Of a stretch of 64,000 nt of DNA, positions 10,910-23,546 are shown piece after piece. The notes under the pieces were generated by a model. The model was not told the DNA's origin and did not search any database. It was given only the letters and a program-made list of their open reading frames with translations. The stretch comes from Isurus oxyrinchus. Taxonomy: Eukaryota. The DNA lies in contig JANJGN010000023.1 of assembly GCA_026770705.1 (NCBI GenBank), positions 9,982,001 through 10,046,000 on the forward strand. The letters run 5' to 3'. Each line of letters opens with the position of its first letter. Position 1 is the stretch's first letter. The translations under genes and the position numbers were made by a program.

Positions 10910-11068
10910 TGGAACTCTATTCCTAACAGCACAGGGGCTCTACCTCACCACGCGGATTGCAGTGGTTCAAGAATGCTGCTCACCAGCACCTTCTGAAAGG
11001 CAACTAGGGATGGGCAATAAATGCCGGCCCAACCCGCGTAGCCCAAATCCGATAGACGAATAAAATAA
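10910..11068 (+). mobile_element. CR1-like LINE 3' fragment (B copy)
   Basis: Same motif set as 3983-4141. Confidence 0.8.
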
Positions 11069-14000
11069 TGTTCACATGAGTCAGGAAGCTTCAGGGAAAC
11101 TCCCTCACACTGTCTGCTTCTAAATGTCATCAGAGATTACTGATGAACTAGCAACCTTGTACAGAACTGCTTGCTTCACATCCTGCCTCTTTCACTGCTT
11201 CGTGCCAAACTGCATTTCAGAATGAAGCCACATCCTCTTGTATTCCGGAGGGATGTTTATTCTGTTGTGATTTCTTGGTCTGACTAAATAAGTTCAAAAC
11301 TTTAGACAGCGCCATGGAGACCAAACGCACCCAAACAAAATACACCGGATGCTGGAAATCTGAATAAAAGCCGAAAAAGAAGGAAATTCGCAGCATCTAT
11401 GAAGACAAAAACATGGATTCATTCAAGTCAACGAACTTTCATTCTGTTTACCGGCGGAGTATCCGCCCCGAGCCGCCGAACAATGCTGCAATGTTCCGTG
11501 TGGATATGAGTCAGTGACATTCAGCAGTTTCTCACACACCAACATATTTAATCTGACGAGCGACTTCATCCTCCACTGAGCTGGCGCCCCTCCTTGTGTT
11601 TGTGGTGAGAGCAGGAACTGCAGCTGTAGAGCAGAGCGGGATCAGCAATGCAGCCGGATCTGAGCGGAAACCTGCCCTGGTTTGTAAACCTCTTGTGGAC
11701 CATTGTGAGAAAGAAGGGAGATGGAAAGGCCGTTTCCTCTAATCCAGCTCTTGTGATCGATGGAGGCAGAAATAGCAACGTTAACATTAACATTCAGCAA
11801 GTTATTATTAAAATCCCTACAATGAAATATGTTTTGATAATCCAAATTATAACCATAAATCTGCTGATCAAGCGGCAAACTCGTACAGAACTGCCTGCTT
11901 CACAGCCTGACTCTTTCACTGACTCCTACCAAGCTGCATTTCAGAATGAAGCCACATCCTCTTGTATCCCGGCTGGCTGATTATTCTGTTGTATTTTATG
12001 GGTCTGTTTCCTGGGTGTCAGTTCTCTGTACTTCTGGGTGGTGATTTCCAGCCCTGCAACATGACTCAACTTAGCTACAGCAGCGGTTCCAGCTCCCAGC
12101 ACGAACACAACCACAGAAGCAGCTCAGGAGAAGTGGGAGACTCTCCTTTAATCCATTTGATATGTTTCTGTGTGAGGAGCTGCTGAGTGTCGCTGACTCA
12201 TATCCTCACTGAACATTGCAGCATTACTCGGCAGCTCGGCGCAGCTGAATTTACAGCCCCGGCCACGAACCGAGTCCAGAGAGAGTGAAATATGTTTTGT
12301 GTGTTTCAGGCAATGACTCCTGGCCAGTCAGCAGCAGAGAGGCGGAGGTCGGTTCAGTGGGAAAAACGCTGCTTGGAGTTCTTACCGAAGCTTTGGTTGA
12401 GGAAAATTCCTCGTTTTATTTAACCTCAGTACTGAACTCTTCCTCAGAGCTGTTTCTGTTCATGCGGGGCGATTTTCATTTTGAAATCGGCTGGTTCAAT
12501 CGCATCAAATCTTCATCTCGTCATCTTTTAAGCGGTGGCAGCGGCTGGAGAAAAAAAAAGACACAGATTTCACTCATTGCCTGTTCCTCTGAGACCCCCG
12601 TCTTCACCGAAACTGAGAAATGTATTTTTTAGACGTCCGTCGGGAAAATGTGTTGTCCAAATCAAAAAGGACAGCATAATTTCTAAATTTTAGACATTGC
12701 CATGGAGACGAGACGATCCCAAGAAAAATACACCGGATGTTGCAATTCTGAAATAAAACAGAAAATACGCAGCATCTATGAAAACTAAATGTTAGAATCT
12801 ATCAGGTCAATGATCTTTTATTCTGTTCTTCGGCGCAATATCGGCCCCGAGACGCCGAACAATGCTGCAATGTTCAGTGTGGATATGAGTCAGTGACATT
12901 CAGCAGTTCCTCACACACCAACATATTTAAACTGAGGAGAGACTTCATCCTCCACTGAGCTGGTGCCCCTCCTTGTGTTTGTGGTGAGAGCTGGAACTGC
13001 AGCTGTAGAGCAGAGCGGGATCAGCAATGCTGCCGGATCTAAGCGGATACCTGTCCTGGTTTGTAAACCTCTTGTGGACCATTGTGAGAAAGAAGGGAGA
13101 TGGAAAGGCGGTTTCCTCTAATCCAGCTCTTGTGATCGATGGAGGCAGAAATAGCAGCGTTAACATTAACATTCAGCAAGTTATCATTAAAATCCCTACA
13201 ATGAAATATGTTTTGATAACCCAAATTATAACCATAAATGTCATCAAAATCTGCTGATCAACCCGCAAACTCATACAGAACTGCCTTCTTCACTTCCTGC
13301 CTCTTTCACTGACTTGTACCAAGCTGCATTTCAGAATGAAGCCACATCCTCTTGTATCCCGGCTAGCTGATTATTCTGTTGTATTTTATGGGTCTGTTTC
13401 CTGGGTGTCAGTTCTCTGTACATCTGGGTGGTGATTTCCAGCTCCGCAACATGACTCAACTTCGCTACAGCAGCGGTTCCAGGTCCCAGCACGAACACAA
13501 CCACAGCAGCAGCACAGGAGAAGTGGGAGACTCTCCTTTAATCCATTTGATATGTTTCTGTGTGAGGAGCTGCTGAGTGTCGCTGACTCATACCCTCACT
13601 GAACATTTGCAGCATTACTCGGCAGCTGGGCGCTGCTGAATTTACAGCCCCGGCCACGAACCGAGCCCAGAGAGAGTGAAATATGTTTTGTGTGTTTCAG
13701 GCAATGACTCCTGGCCAGTCAGCAGCAGAGAGGCGGAGGTGGGTTCAGTGGGAAAAACGCTGCTTGGAGTTCTTACCGAAACTTTGGTTGAGGAAAGTTC
13801 CTCGTTTTATTTAACCTCAGTACTGAACTCCTCCTCAGAGCTGTTTCTGTTCATGCGGGGCGATTTTCATTTTGAAATCGGCTGGTTCAATCGCATCAAA
13901 TCTTCATCTCGTCATCTTTTAAGCGGTGGCAGCGGCTGGAGAAAAAAAAAGACACAAATTTCACTCATTGCCTGTTCCTCTGAGACCCCCGTCTTCACCG

Positions 14001-17000
14001 AAACTGAGAAATGTATTTTTTAGACCTCCGTCGGGAAAATGTGTTGTCCAAATCAAAAAGGACACCATAATTTCTAAATTTTAGACATTGCCATGGAGAC
14101 CAGACGCGCCCAAGAAAAATACACCGGATGTTGGAAATCTGAAATAAAACAGAAAATACGCAGCATCTATGAAACCTAAATGTTAGAATCTATCAGGTCA
14201 ATGATCTTTTATTCTGTTCTTCGGCGCAATATCGGCCCCGAGACGCCGAACAATGCTGCAATGTTCAGTGTGGATATGAGTCAGTGACATTCAGCATTTC
14301 CTCACACACCGACATATTTAAACTGAGGAGAGACTTCATCCTCTACTGAGCTGGCGCCCCTGCTTGTGCTTGTGGTGAGAGCTGGAACTGCAGCTGTAGA
14401 GCAGAGCGTAATCAGGAATGCTGCCGGATCCTAGCGGATACCTGTCCTGGTTGTAAACCTCTTGTGGACCTTTGTGAGAAAGAAGTGAGATGGAAAGGCG
14501 GACTCCTCCAGTCCAGCTCTTGTGATCGGTGGAGGCAGAAATAGCAGCGTTCACATTCAGAATATTTTGATTTAAATTCCTACAATTAAATATGTTTTGA
14601 TATTCCAAATTATAACCATAAATGTCATCAAAATCTGCTGATCAACCCGCAAACTCATACAGAACTGCCTGCTTCACTTCCTGCCTCTTTCACTGACTCG
14701 TACCAAGCTGCATTTCAGAATGACGGCACATCCTCTTGTATCCCGGCTAGCTGATTATTCTGTTGTATTTTATGGGTCTGTTTCCTGGGTGTCAGTTCTC
14801 TGTACATCTGGGTGGTGATTTCCAGCCCTGCAACATTACTCAACTTCGCTGCAGCAGCGGTTCCAGCTCCCAGCACGAACACAACCACAGGAGCAGCGCA
14901 GGAGACGTGGGAGACTCTCCTTTAATCCATTTGATATGTTTCTGTGTGCGGAGCTGCTGAGTGTCGCTGACTCATATCCTCACTGAACATTTGCAGCATT
15001 ACTCGGCAGCTCGGCGCTGCTGAATTTACAGCCCCGGCCACGAACCGAGCCCAGAGAGAGTGAAATATGTTTTGTGTGTTTCAGGCAATGATTCCCGGCC
15101 AGTCAGCAGCAGAGAGCCGGAGGTGGGTTCAGTGGGAAAAACGCTGCTTGGAGTTCTTACCGAAACTTTGGTTGAGGAAAGTTCCTCGTTTTATTTAACC
15201 TCAGTACTGAACTCCTCCTCAGAGCTGTTTCTGTTCATGCGGGGCGATTTTCATTTTGAAATCGGCAGGTTCAATCGCATCAAATCTTCATCTCGTCATC
15301 TTTTAAGCGGAGGCAGCGGCTGAAGAAAAAAAAAGACACAAATTTCACTCATTGCCTGTTCCTCTGAGACCCCCGTCTTCACCGAAACTGAGAAATGTAT
15401 TTTTTAGACGTCCGTCGGGAAAATGTGTTGTCCAAATCAAAAAGGACACCATAATTTCTAAATTTTAGACATTGCCATGGAGACCAGACGATCCCAAGAA
15501 AAATACACCGGATGCTGGAAATCTGAAATAAAACAGAAAATACGCAGCATCTATGAAAACTAAATGTTAGAATCTATCAGGTCAATGATCTTTTATTCTG
15601 TTCTTCGGCGCAATATCGGCCCCGAGACGCCGAACAATGCTGCAATGTTCAGTGTGGATATGAGTCAGTGACATTCAGCATTTCCTCACACACCGACATA
15701 TTTAAACCGAGGAGAGACTTCATCCTCTACTGAGCTGGCGACGCTTCTTGTGTTTGTGGTGAGAGCTGGAACTGCAGCTGTAGAGCAGAGCGGGATCAGC
15801 AATGCTGCCGGATCTAAGCGGATACCTGTCCTGGTTTGTAAACCTCTTGTGGACCATTGTGAGAAAGAAGGGAGATGGAAAGGCGGTTTCCTCTAATCCA
15901 GCTCTTGTGATCGATGGAGGCAGAAATAGCAGCGTTGACATTAACATTCAGCAAGTTATCATTAAAATCCCTGCAATGAAATATGTTTTGATAACCCAAA
16001 TTATAACCATAAAGTTATCAAAATCTGCTGATCAACCGGCAAACTCATACAGAAGCGCCTGCTTCACAGCCGGACTCTTTCACTGACTCGTACCAAGCTG
16101 CATTTCAGAATGAAGCCACAACCTCTTGTATCCCGGCTGGCTGATTATTCTGTTGTATTTTATGGGTCAGTTTCCTGGGTGTCAGTTCTCTGTACTTCTG
16201 GGTGGTGATTTCCAGCCCTGCAACATGACACAACTTAGCTACAGCAGCGGTTCCAGCTCCCAGCACGAACACAACCACAGAAGCAGCGCAGGAGAAGTGG
16301 GAGACTCTCCTTTAATCCATGTGATATGTTTCTGTGTGAGGAGCTGCTGAGTGTCGCTGACTCATATCCTCACTGAACATTTGCAGCATTACTCGGCAGC
16401 TCGGCGCTGCTGAATTTACAGCCCCGGCCACGAACCGAGCTCAGAGAGAGTGAAATATGTTTTGTGTGTTTCAGGCAATGACTCCTGGCCAGTCAGCAGC
16501 AGAGAGGCGGAGGTCGGTTCAGTGGGAAAAACGCTGCTTGAAACTTTGGTTGAGGAAAATTCCTCGTTTTATTTAACCTCAGTACTGAACTCCTCCTCAG
16601 AGCTGTTTCTGTTCATGAGGCGCGATTTTCATTTTGAAATCGGCTGGTTCAATCGCATAAAATCTTCATCTCGTCACCGGTTAAGCGTTGGCAGCGGCTG
16701 GAGAAAAAATAAGACACAAATTTCACTCATTGCCTGTTCCTCTGAGACCCCCGTCTTCACCGAAACTGAGAAATGTATTTTTTAGACGTCCGTCGGGAAA
16801 ATGTGTTGTCCAAATCAAAAAGGACACCATAATTTCTAAATTTTAGACATTGCCATGGAGACCAGACGCGCCCAAGAAAAATACACCGGATGCTGGAAAT
16901 CTGAAATAAAACAGAAAATACGCAGCATCTATCAAAACTAAAAATTAGAATCTCTCAGGTCAATGATCTTTTATTCTGTTCATCGGCGGAATATCTGCCC

Positions 17001-19203
17001 CGAGCCGCCGAACAATGCTGCAATGTTCAGTGTGGATATGAGTCAGTGACATTCAGCAGTTCCTCACACACCAACATATTTAATCTGAGAAGCGACTTCA
17101 TTCTCCACTGAGCTGGCGCCCCTGCTTGTGTTTGTGGTGAGAGCTGGAACTGCAGCTGTAGAGCAGAGCGGGATCAGCTATGCTGCCGGATCTAAGCGGA
17201 AACCTGCCCTGGTTTGTAAACCTCTTGTGGACCATTGTGAGAAAGAAGGGAGATGGAAAGGCGGTTTCCTCCAGTCCAGCTCTTGTGATCGATGGAGGCA
17301 GAAATAGCAGCGTTAGCATTAACATTCAGCAAGTTATCATTAAAATCCCTACAATGAAATATGTTTTGATAATCCAAATTATAACCATAAAGTCATCAAA
17401 ATCTGCTGATCAACCGGCAAACTCGTACAGAATCGCCTGCTTCACAGCCTGACTCTTTTACTGATTAGTGCCAAGCTGCATTTCAGAATGAAGCCACATC
17501 CTCTTGTATCCCGCCTGGCTGATTATTCTGTTGTATTTTATGGGTCAGTTTCCTGGGTGTCAGTTCTCTGTACTTCTGGGTGGTGATTTCCAGCCCTGCA
17601 ACATGACTCAACTTAGCGACAGCAGCGGTTCCAGCTCCCAGCACGAACACAACCACAGAAGCAGCGCAGGAGAAGTGGGAGACTCTCCTTTAATCCATTT
17701 GATATGTTTCTGTGTGAGGAGCTGCTGAGTGTCGCTGACTCATATCTTCACTGAACATTGCAGCATTACTCGGCAGCTCGGCGCTGCTGAATTTACAGCC
17801 CCGGCCACGAACGAGCCGAGAGAGAGTGAAATATGTTTTGTGTGTTTCAGGCAATGACTCCTGGCCAGTCAGCAGCAGAGAGGCGGAGGTGGGTTCAGTG
17901 GGAAAAACGCTGCTTGGAGTTCTTACCGAAACTTTGGTTGAGGAAAATTCCTCGTTTTATTTAACCTCAGTACTGAACTCCTCCTCAGAGCTGTTTCTGT
18001 TCATGCGGCGCGATTTTCATTTTGAAATCGACTGGTTCAATCGCATCAAATCTTCGTCCCGTCACCTTTTAAGCGGAGGCAGCGGCTGGAGAAAAAAAAA
18101 GACACAAATTTCACTCATTACCTGTTCCTCTGAGACCACCGTATTCACCGAAACTGACCTCCGTCGGGAAAATGTGTTGTCCAAATCAAAAAGGACACCA
18201 TAATTCCTAAATTTTAGACATTGCCGTGGAGACCAGACGCGCCCAAGAAAAATACACCGGATGCTGGAAATCTGAAATAAAACAGAAAATACTCAGCATC
18301 TATGAAAACTAAAAATTAGAATCTATCAGGTCAATGATCTTTTATTCTGTTTATCGGCGGAATATCTGCCCCGAGCCGCCGAACAATGCTGCAATGTTCA
18401 GTGTGGATATGAGTCAGTGACATTCAGCAGTTCCTCACACACCAACATATTTAATCTGAGGAGAGACTTCATCCTCTACTGAGCTGGCGCCCCTGCTTGT
18501 GTTTGTGGTGAGAGCTGGAACTGCAGCTGTAGAGCAGAGCGGGATCAGCAATGCTGCCGGATCTAAGCGGATACCTGTCCTGGTTTGTAAACCTCTTGTG
18601 GACCATTGTGAGAAAGAAGGGAGATGGAAAGGCGGTTTCCTCCAGTCCAGCTCTTGTGATCGATGGAGGCAGAAATAGCAGCGTTAACATTAACATTCAG
18701 AATGTTATCATTGATATCGATACAATTAAATATTGTGGTCAATATCCCAAATTATAACCAGATTCCTGGGTGATTGTGCAGTCGGTGGATATGATCAATC
18801 TTTTTATTTCAATTCACCGTTTACAAATGCCGAGAAGTTCAAAAGTGCAAAACGAAACATTGCGGGAAGCTTCAATGTTAAAATGTTTTAATTTGATCAC
18901 ATTGTTCAACATGGAATATAATGTAATCTTTTTGTGCTTTGAAGAAAAATAAACGATTGTGAACCACCCCAAATGCACATTAGAGTTTCTCTTTTGCTTT
19001 CTTCACCTTTAATATGTTGCTGTATGAGGAGCTGCCGTGAGACACGGGCTAATATCCACAGTGAACATTGCAGCATTGCTGGGCGCTGCTGAATTTACAC
19101 CCGTGACCATGAACCGAGCGCCGACAGAGAGTTCTGTGTGTTTCAGGCAATGACTCCTGGCTGCCGGATGTAAGTAGCGCCGAGCAGCCGAGCGATGCTG
19201 TCG

Positions 19204-19364
19204 TGGAACTCTATTCCTAACAGCACAGGGTTTGTACCTACTCCCCATGGTATGGAATAGGTTGAAGAAGGCAGCTCACCACCACCCCCTCAAAGGCAAC
19301 TAGGGATGGGCAATAAATGCCGGTCCAGCTCGCGTAGCCCAAATCCGATAAACGAATAAAAAAA
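19204..19364 (+). mobile_element. CR1-like LINE 3' fragment (B' copy)
   Basis: Variant with GAAGAAGGCAGCTCACCACCACC and A tail. Confidence 0.8.
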
Positions 19365-20598
19365 TGTTCAGATGAGTCTGTAAGCTTCAGGGAGACACCC
19401 TCACACTGTCTGCTTCTAAATGTCATCAGAATTTACTGAAGAACTAGCAAACTCGTACAGAACTGCCTGCTTCACATCCTGCCTCTTTCGCTGCTTCGTG
19501 CCAAACTGCATTTCAGAATGAAGCCACCATGCTCCTGTGTTCCGGAGGGATGTTTATTCTGTTGTATTTTCTTGGGTTTGACTAAATAATTTCTAAACTT
19601 TAGACAGCGCCATGGACACCAAACGCGCCCAAGCAAAATACACCGGATGCTGGAAATCAGAAATAAAAACCGTAAAAGCAGGAAATTCGCGGCATCTATG
19701 AAGACAAAAAATGGAATCAGTCAAGTCAATGATCTTTCATTCTGTTTATCGGCAGTATAATAGCCCCGAGCCGCCGAACAATGCTGCAATGTTCAGTGTG
19801 GATATGAGTCAGTGACATTCAGCAGTTCCTCACACACCAACATATTTAATCTGAGGAGAGACTTCATCCTCTACTGAGCTGGCGCCCCTGCTTGTGTTTG
19901 TGGTGAGAGCTGGAACTGCAGCTGTAGAGCAGAGCGGGATCAGCAATGCTGCCGGATCTAAGCGGATACCTGTCCTGGTTTGTAAACCTCTTGTGGACCA
20001 TTGTGAGAAAGAAGGGAGATGGAAAGGCGGTTTCCTCCAGTCCAGCTCTTGTGATCGATGGAGGCAGAAATAGCAGCGTTAACATTAACATTCAGAATGT
20101 TATCATTGATATCGATACAATTAAATATTGTGGTCAATATCCCAAATTATAACCAGATTCCTGGGTGATTGTGCAGTCGGTGGATATGATCAATCTTTTT
20201 ATTTCAATTCACCGTTTACAAATGCCGAGAAGTTCAAAAGTGCAAAACGAAACATTGCGGGAAGCTTCAATGTTAAAATGTTTTAATTTGATCACATTGT
20301 TCAACATGGAATATAATGTAATCTTTTTGTGCTTTGAAGAAAAATAAACGATTGTGAACCACCCCAAATGCACATTAGAGTTTCTCTTTTGCTTTCTTCA
20401 CCTTTAATATGTTGCTGTATGAGGAGCTGCCGTGAGACACGGGCTAATATCCACAGTGAACATTGCAGCATTGCTGGGCGCTGCTGAATTTACACCCGTG
20501 ACCATGAACCGAGCGCCGACAGAGAGTTCTGTGTGTTTCAGGCAATGACTCCTGGCTGCCGGATGTAAGTAGCGCCGAGCAGCCGAGCGATGCTGTCG

Positions 20599-20759
20599 TG
20601 GAACTCTATTCCTAACAGCACAGGGTTTGTACCTACTCCCCATGGTATGGAATAGGTTGAAGAAGGCAGCTCACCACCACCCCCTCAAAGGCAACTAGGG
20701 ATGGGCAATAAATGCCGGTCCAGCTCGCGTAGCCCAAATCCGATAAACGAATAAAAAAA
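20599..20759 (+). mobile_element. CR1-like LINE 3' fragment (B' copy)
   Basis: +1395 copy of 19204-19364. Confidence 0.8.
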
Positions 20760-21993
20760 TGTTCAGATGAGTCTGTAAGCTTCAGGGAGACACCCTCACA
20801 CTGTCTGCTTCTAAATGTCATCAGAATTTACTGAAGAACTAGCAAACTCGTACAGAACTGCCTGCTTCACATCCTGCCTCTTTCGCTGCTTCGTGCCAAA
20901 CTGCATTTCAGAATGAAGCCACCATGCTCCTGTGTTCCGGAGGGATGTTTATTCTGTTGTATTTTCTTGGGTTTGACTAAATAATTTCTAAACTTTAGAC
21001 AGCGCCATGGACACCAAACGCGCCCAAGCAAAATACACCGGATGCTGGAAATCAGAAATAAAAACCGTAAAAGCAGGAAATTCGCGGCATCTATGAAGAC
21101 AAAAAATGGAATCAGTCAAGTCAATGATCTTTCATTCTGTTTATCGGCAGTATAATAGCCCCGAGCCGCCGAACAATGCTGCAATGTTCAGTGTGGATAT
21201 GAGTCAGTGACATTCAGCAGTTCCTCACACACCAACATATTTAATCTGAGGAGAGACTTCATCCTCTACTGAGCTGGCGCCCCTGCTTGTGTTTGTGGTG
21301 AGAGCTGGAACTGCAGCTGTAGAGCAGAGCGGGATCAGCAATGCTGCCGGATCTAAGCGGATACCTGTCCTGGTTTGTAAACCTCTTGTGGACCATTGTG
21401 AGAAAGAAGGGAGATGGAAAGGCTTTTTCCTCCAGTCCAGCTCTTGTGATCGATGGAGGCAGAAATAGCAGCGTTAACATTAACATTCAGAATGTTATCA
21501 TTGATATCGATACAATTAAATATTGTGGTCAATATCCCAAATTATAACCAGATTCCTGGGTGATTGTGCAGTCGGTGGATATGATCAATCTTTTTATTTC
21601 AATTCACCGTTTACAAATGCCGAGAAGTTCAAAAGTGCAAAACGAAACATTGCGGGAAGCTTCAATGTTAAAATGTTTTAATTTGATCACATTGTTCAAC
21701 ATGGAATATAATGTAATCTTTTTGTGCTTTGAAGAAAAATAAACGATTGTGAACCACCCCAAATGCACATTAGAGTTTCTCTTTTGCTTTCTTCACCTTT
21801 AATATGTTGCTGTATGAGGAGCTGCCGTGAGACACGGGCTAATATCCACAGTGAACATTGCAGCATTGCTGGGCGCTGCTGAATTTACACCCGTGACCAT
21901 GAACCGAGCGCCGACAGAGAGTTCTGTGTGTTTCAGGCAATGACTCCTGGCTGCCGGATGTAAGTAGCGCCGAGCAGCCGAGCGATGCTGTCG

Positions 21994-22154
21994 TGGAACT
22001 CTATTCCTAACAGCACAGGGTTTGTACCTACTCCCCATGGTATGGAATAGGTTGAAGAAGGCAGCTCACCACCACCCCCTCAAAGGCAACTAGGGATGGG
22101 CAATAAATGCCGGTCCAGCTCGCGTAGCCCAAATCCGATAAACGAATAAAAAAA
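21994..22154 (+). mobile_element. CR1-like LINE 3' fragment (B' copy)
   Basis: +2790 copy of 19204-19364. Confidence 0.8.
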
Positions 22155-23387
22155 TGTTCAGATGAGTCTGTAAGCTTCAGGGAGACACCCTCACACTGTC
22201 TGCTTCTAAATGTCATCAGAATTTACTGAAGAACTAGCAAACTCGTACAGAACTGCCTGCTTCACATCCTGCCTCTTTCGCTGCTTCGTGCCAAACTGCA
22301 TTTCAAAATGAAGCCACCATGCTCCTGTGTTCCGGAGGGATGTTTATTCTGTTGTATTTTCTTGGGTTTGACTAAATAATTTCTAAACTTTAGACAGCGC
22401 CATGGACACCAAACGCGCCCAAGCAAAATACACCGGATGCTGGAAATCAGAAATAAAAACCGTAAAAGCAGGAAATTCGCGGCATCTATGAAGACAAAAA
22501 ATGGAATCAGTCAAGTCAATGATCTTTCATTCTGTTTATCGGCAGTATAATAGCCCCGAGCCGCCGAACAATGCTGCAATGTTCAGTGTGGATATGAGTC
22601 AGTGACATTCAGAAGTTCCTCACACACCAACATATTTAATCTGAGAAGCGACTTCATCCTCCACTGAGCTGGCGACGCTGTTTGTGTTTGTGGTGAGAGC
22701 TGGAACTGCAGCTGTAGAGCAGAGCGGGATCAGCAATGCTGCCGGGTCCAAGCGGATACCTGTCCTGGTTTGTAAACCTCTTGTGGACCATTGTGAGAAA
22801 GAAGGGAGATGGAAAGGCGGTTTCCTCTAATCCAGCTCTTGTGATCGATGGAGGCAGAAATAGCAGCGTTAACAATAACATTCAGAATGTTTTCATTAAT
22901 ATCCCTACAATTAAATACTGTGGTTAATAACTCAAATTATAACCAGACCCCAGAGTGACTCATTGTTTGTGCAGTCGGCGGATATGGGCAACCACTTTAT
23001 TTCAATTCACCGTTGGACAAATGCCATGAAGTTCGAAACATTGCGGGAAGCTTCAATGTTAAAATGTTATAATTCGATCACATTGTTCAACATGGAATAT
23101 AAAGTAGCCTTGTTGTGCTTTTAAGAAAAATAAACGATAGTGAACCACCCCAAATGCACATCAGAGTTTGTCCTTACCTTTCCTCATCTTTAATATGTTG
23201 CTGTATGAGGAGCAGCTGTGGGAAACGGGCTAAAAATATCCACAGTGAACATTGCAGCATTGCTGGGCGCTGCTGAACTTACACACGTGACCATGAACCG
23301 AGCGCCGACAGAGAGTTCTGTTTGTTTCAGGCAATGACTCCTGGTTGCCGGATGTAAGTAGCGCCGAGCAGCCGAGCGATGCTGTCA

Positions 23388-23546
23388 TGGAACTCTATTC
23401 CTAACAGCACAGGGGCTCTACCTCACCACGCGGATTGCAGTGGTTCAAGAATGCTGCTCACCAGCACCTTCTGAAAGGCAACTAGGGATGGGCAATAAAT
23501 GCCGGCCCAAACCGCGTAGCCCAAATCCGATAGACGAATACAAAAA
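23388..23546 (+). mobile_element. CR1-like LINE 3' fragment (B copy)
   Basis: Same motif set as 3983-4141. Confidence 0.8.

Larger units (their letters stand above)
2760..17200 (+). repeat. Higher-order repeat, 5-mer of 6927-6928 bp (about two copies)
   Basis: Matching monomer variants at 3325/10252, 4721/11648, 6100/13027, 7408/14336, 8874/15802. Private markers (TGA stop at 8395/15323, 12-bp deletion at ~9610/16540) repeat at this period. Confidence 0.93.
18350..22620 (+). repeat. Near-identical triplication of a 1395-bp B-variant monomer
   Basis: ORF sets recur at exactly +1395 (18551, 19946, 21341; 19009, 20404, 21799) with near-identical translations. Confidence 0.95.
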
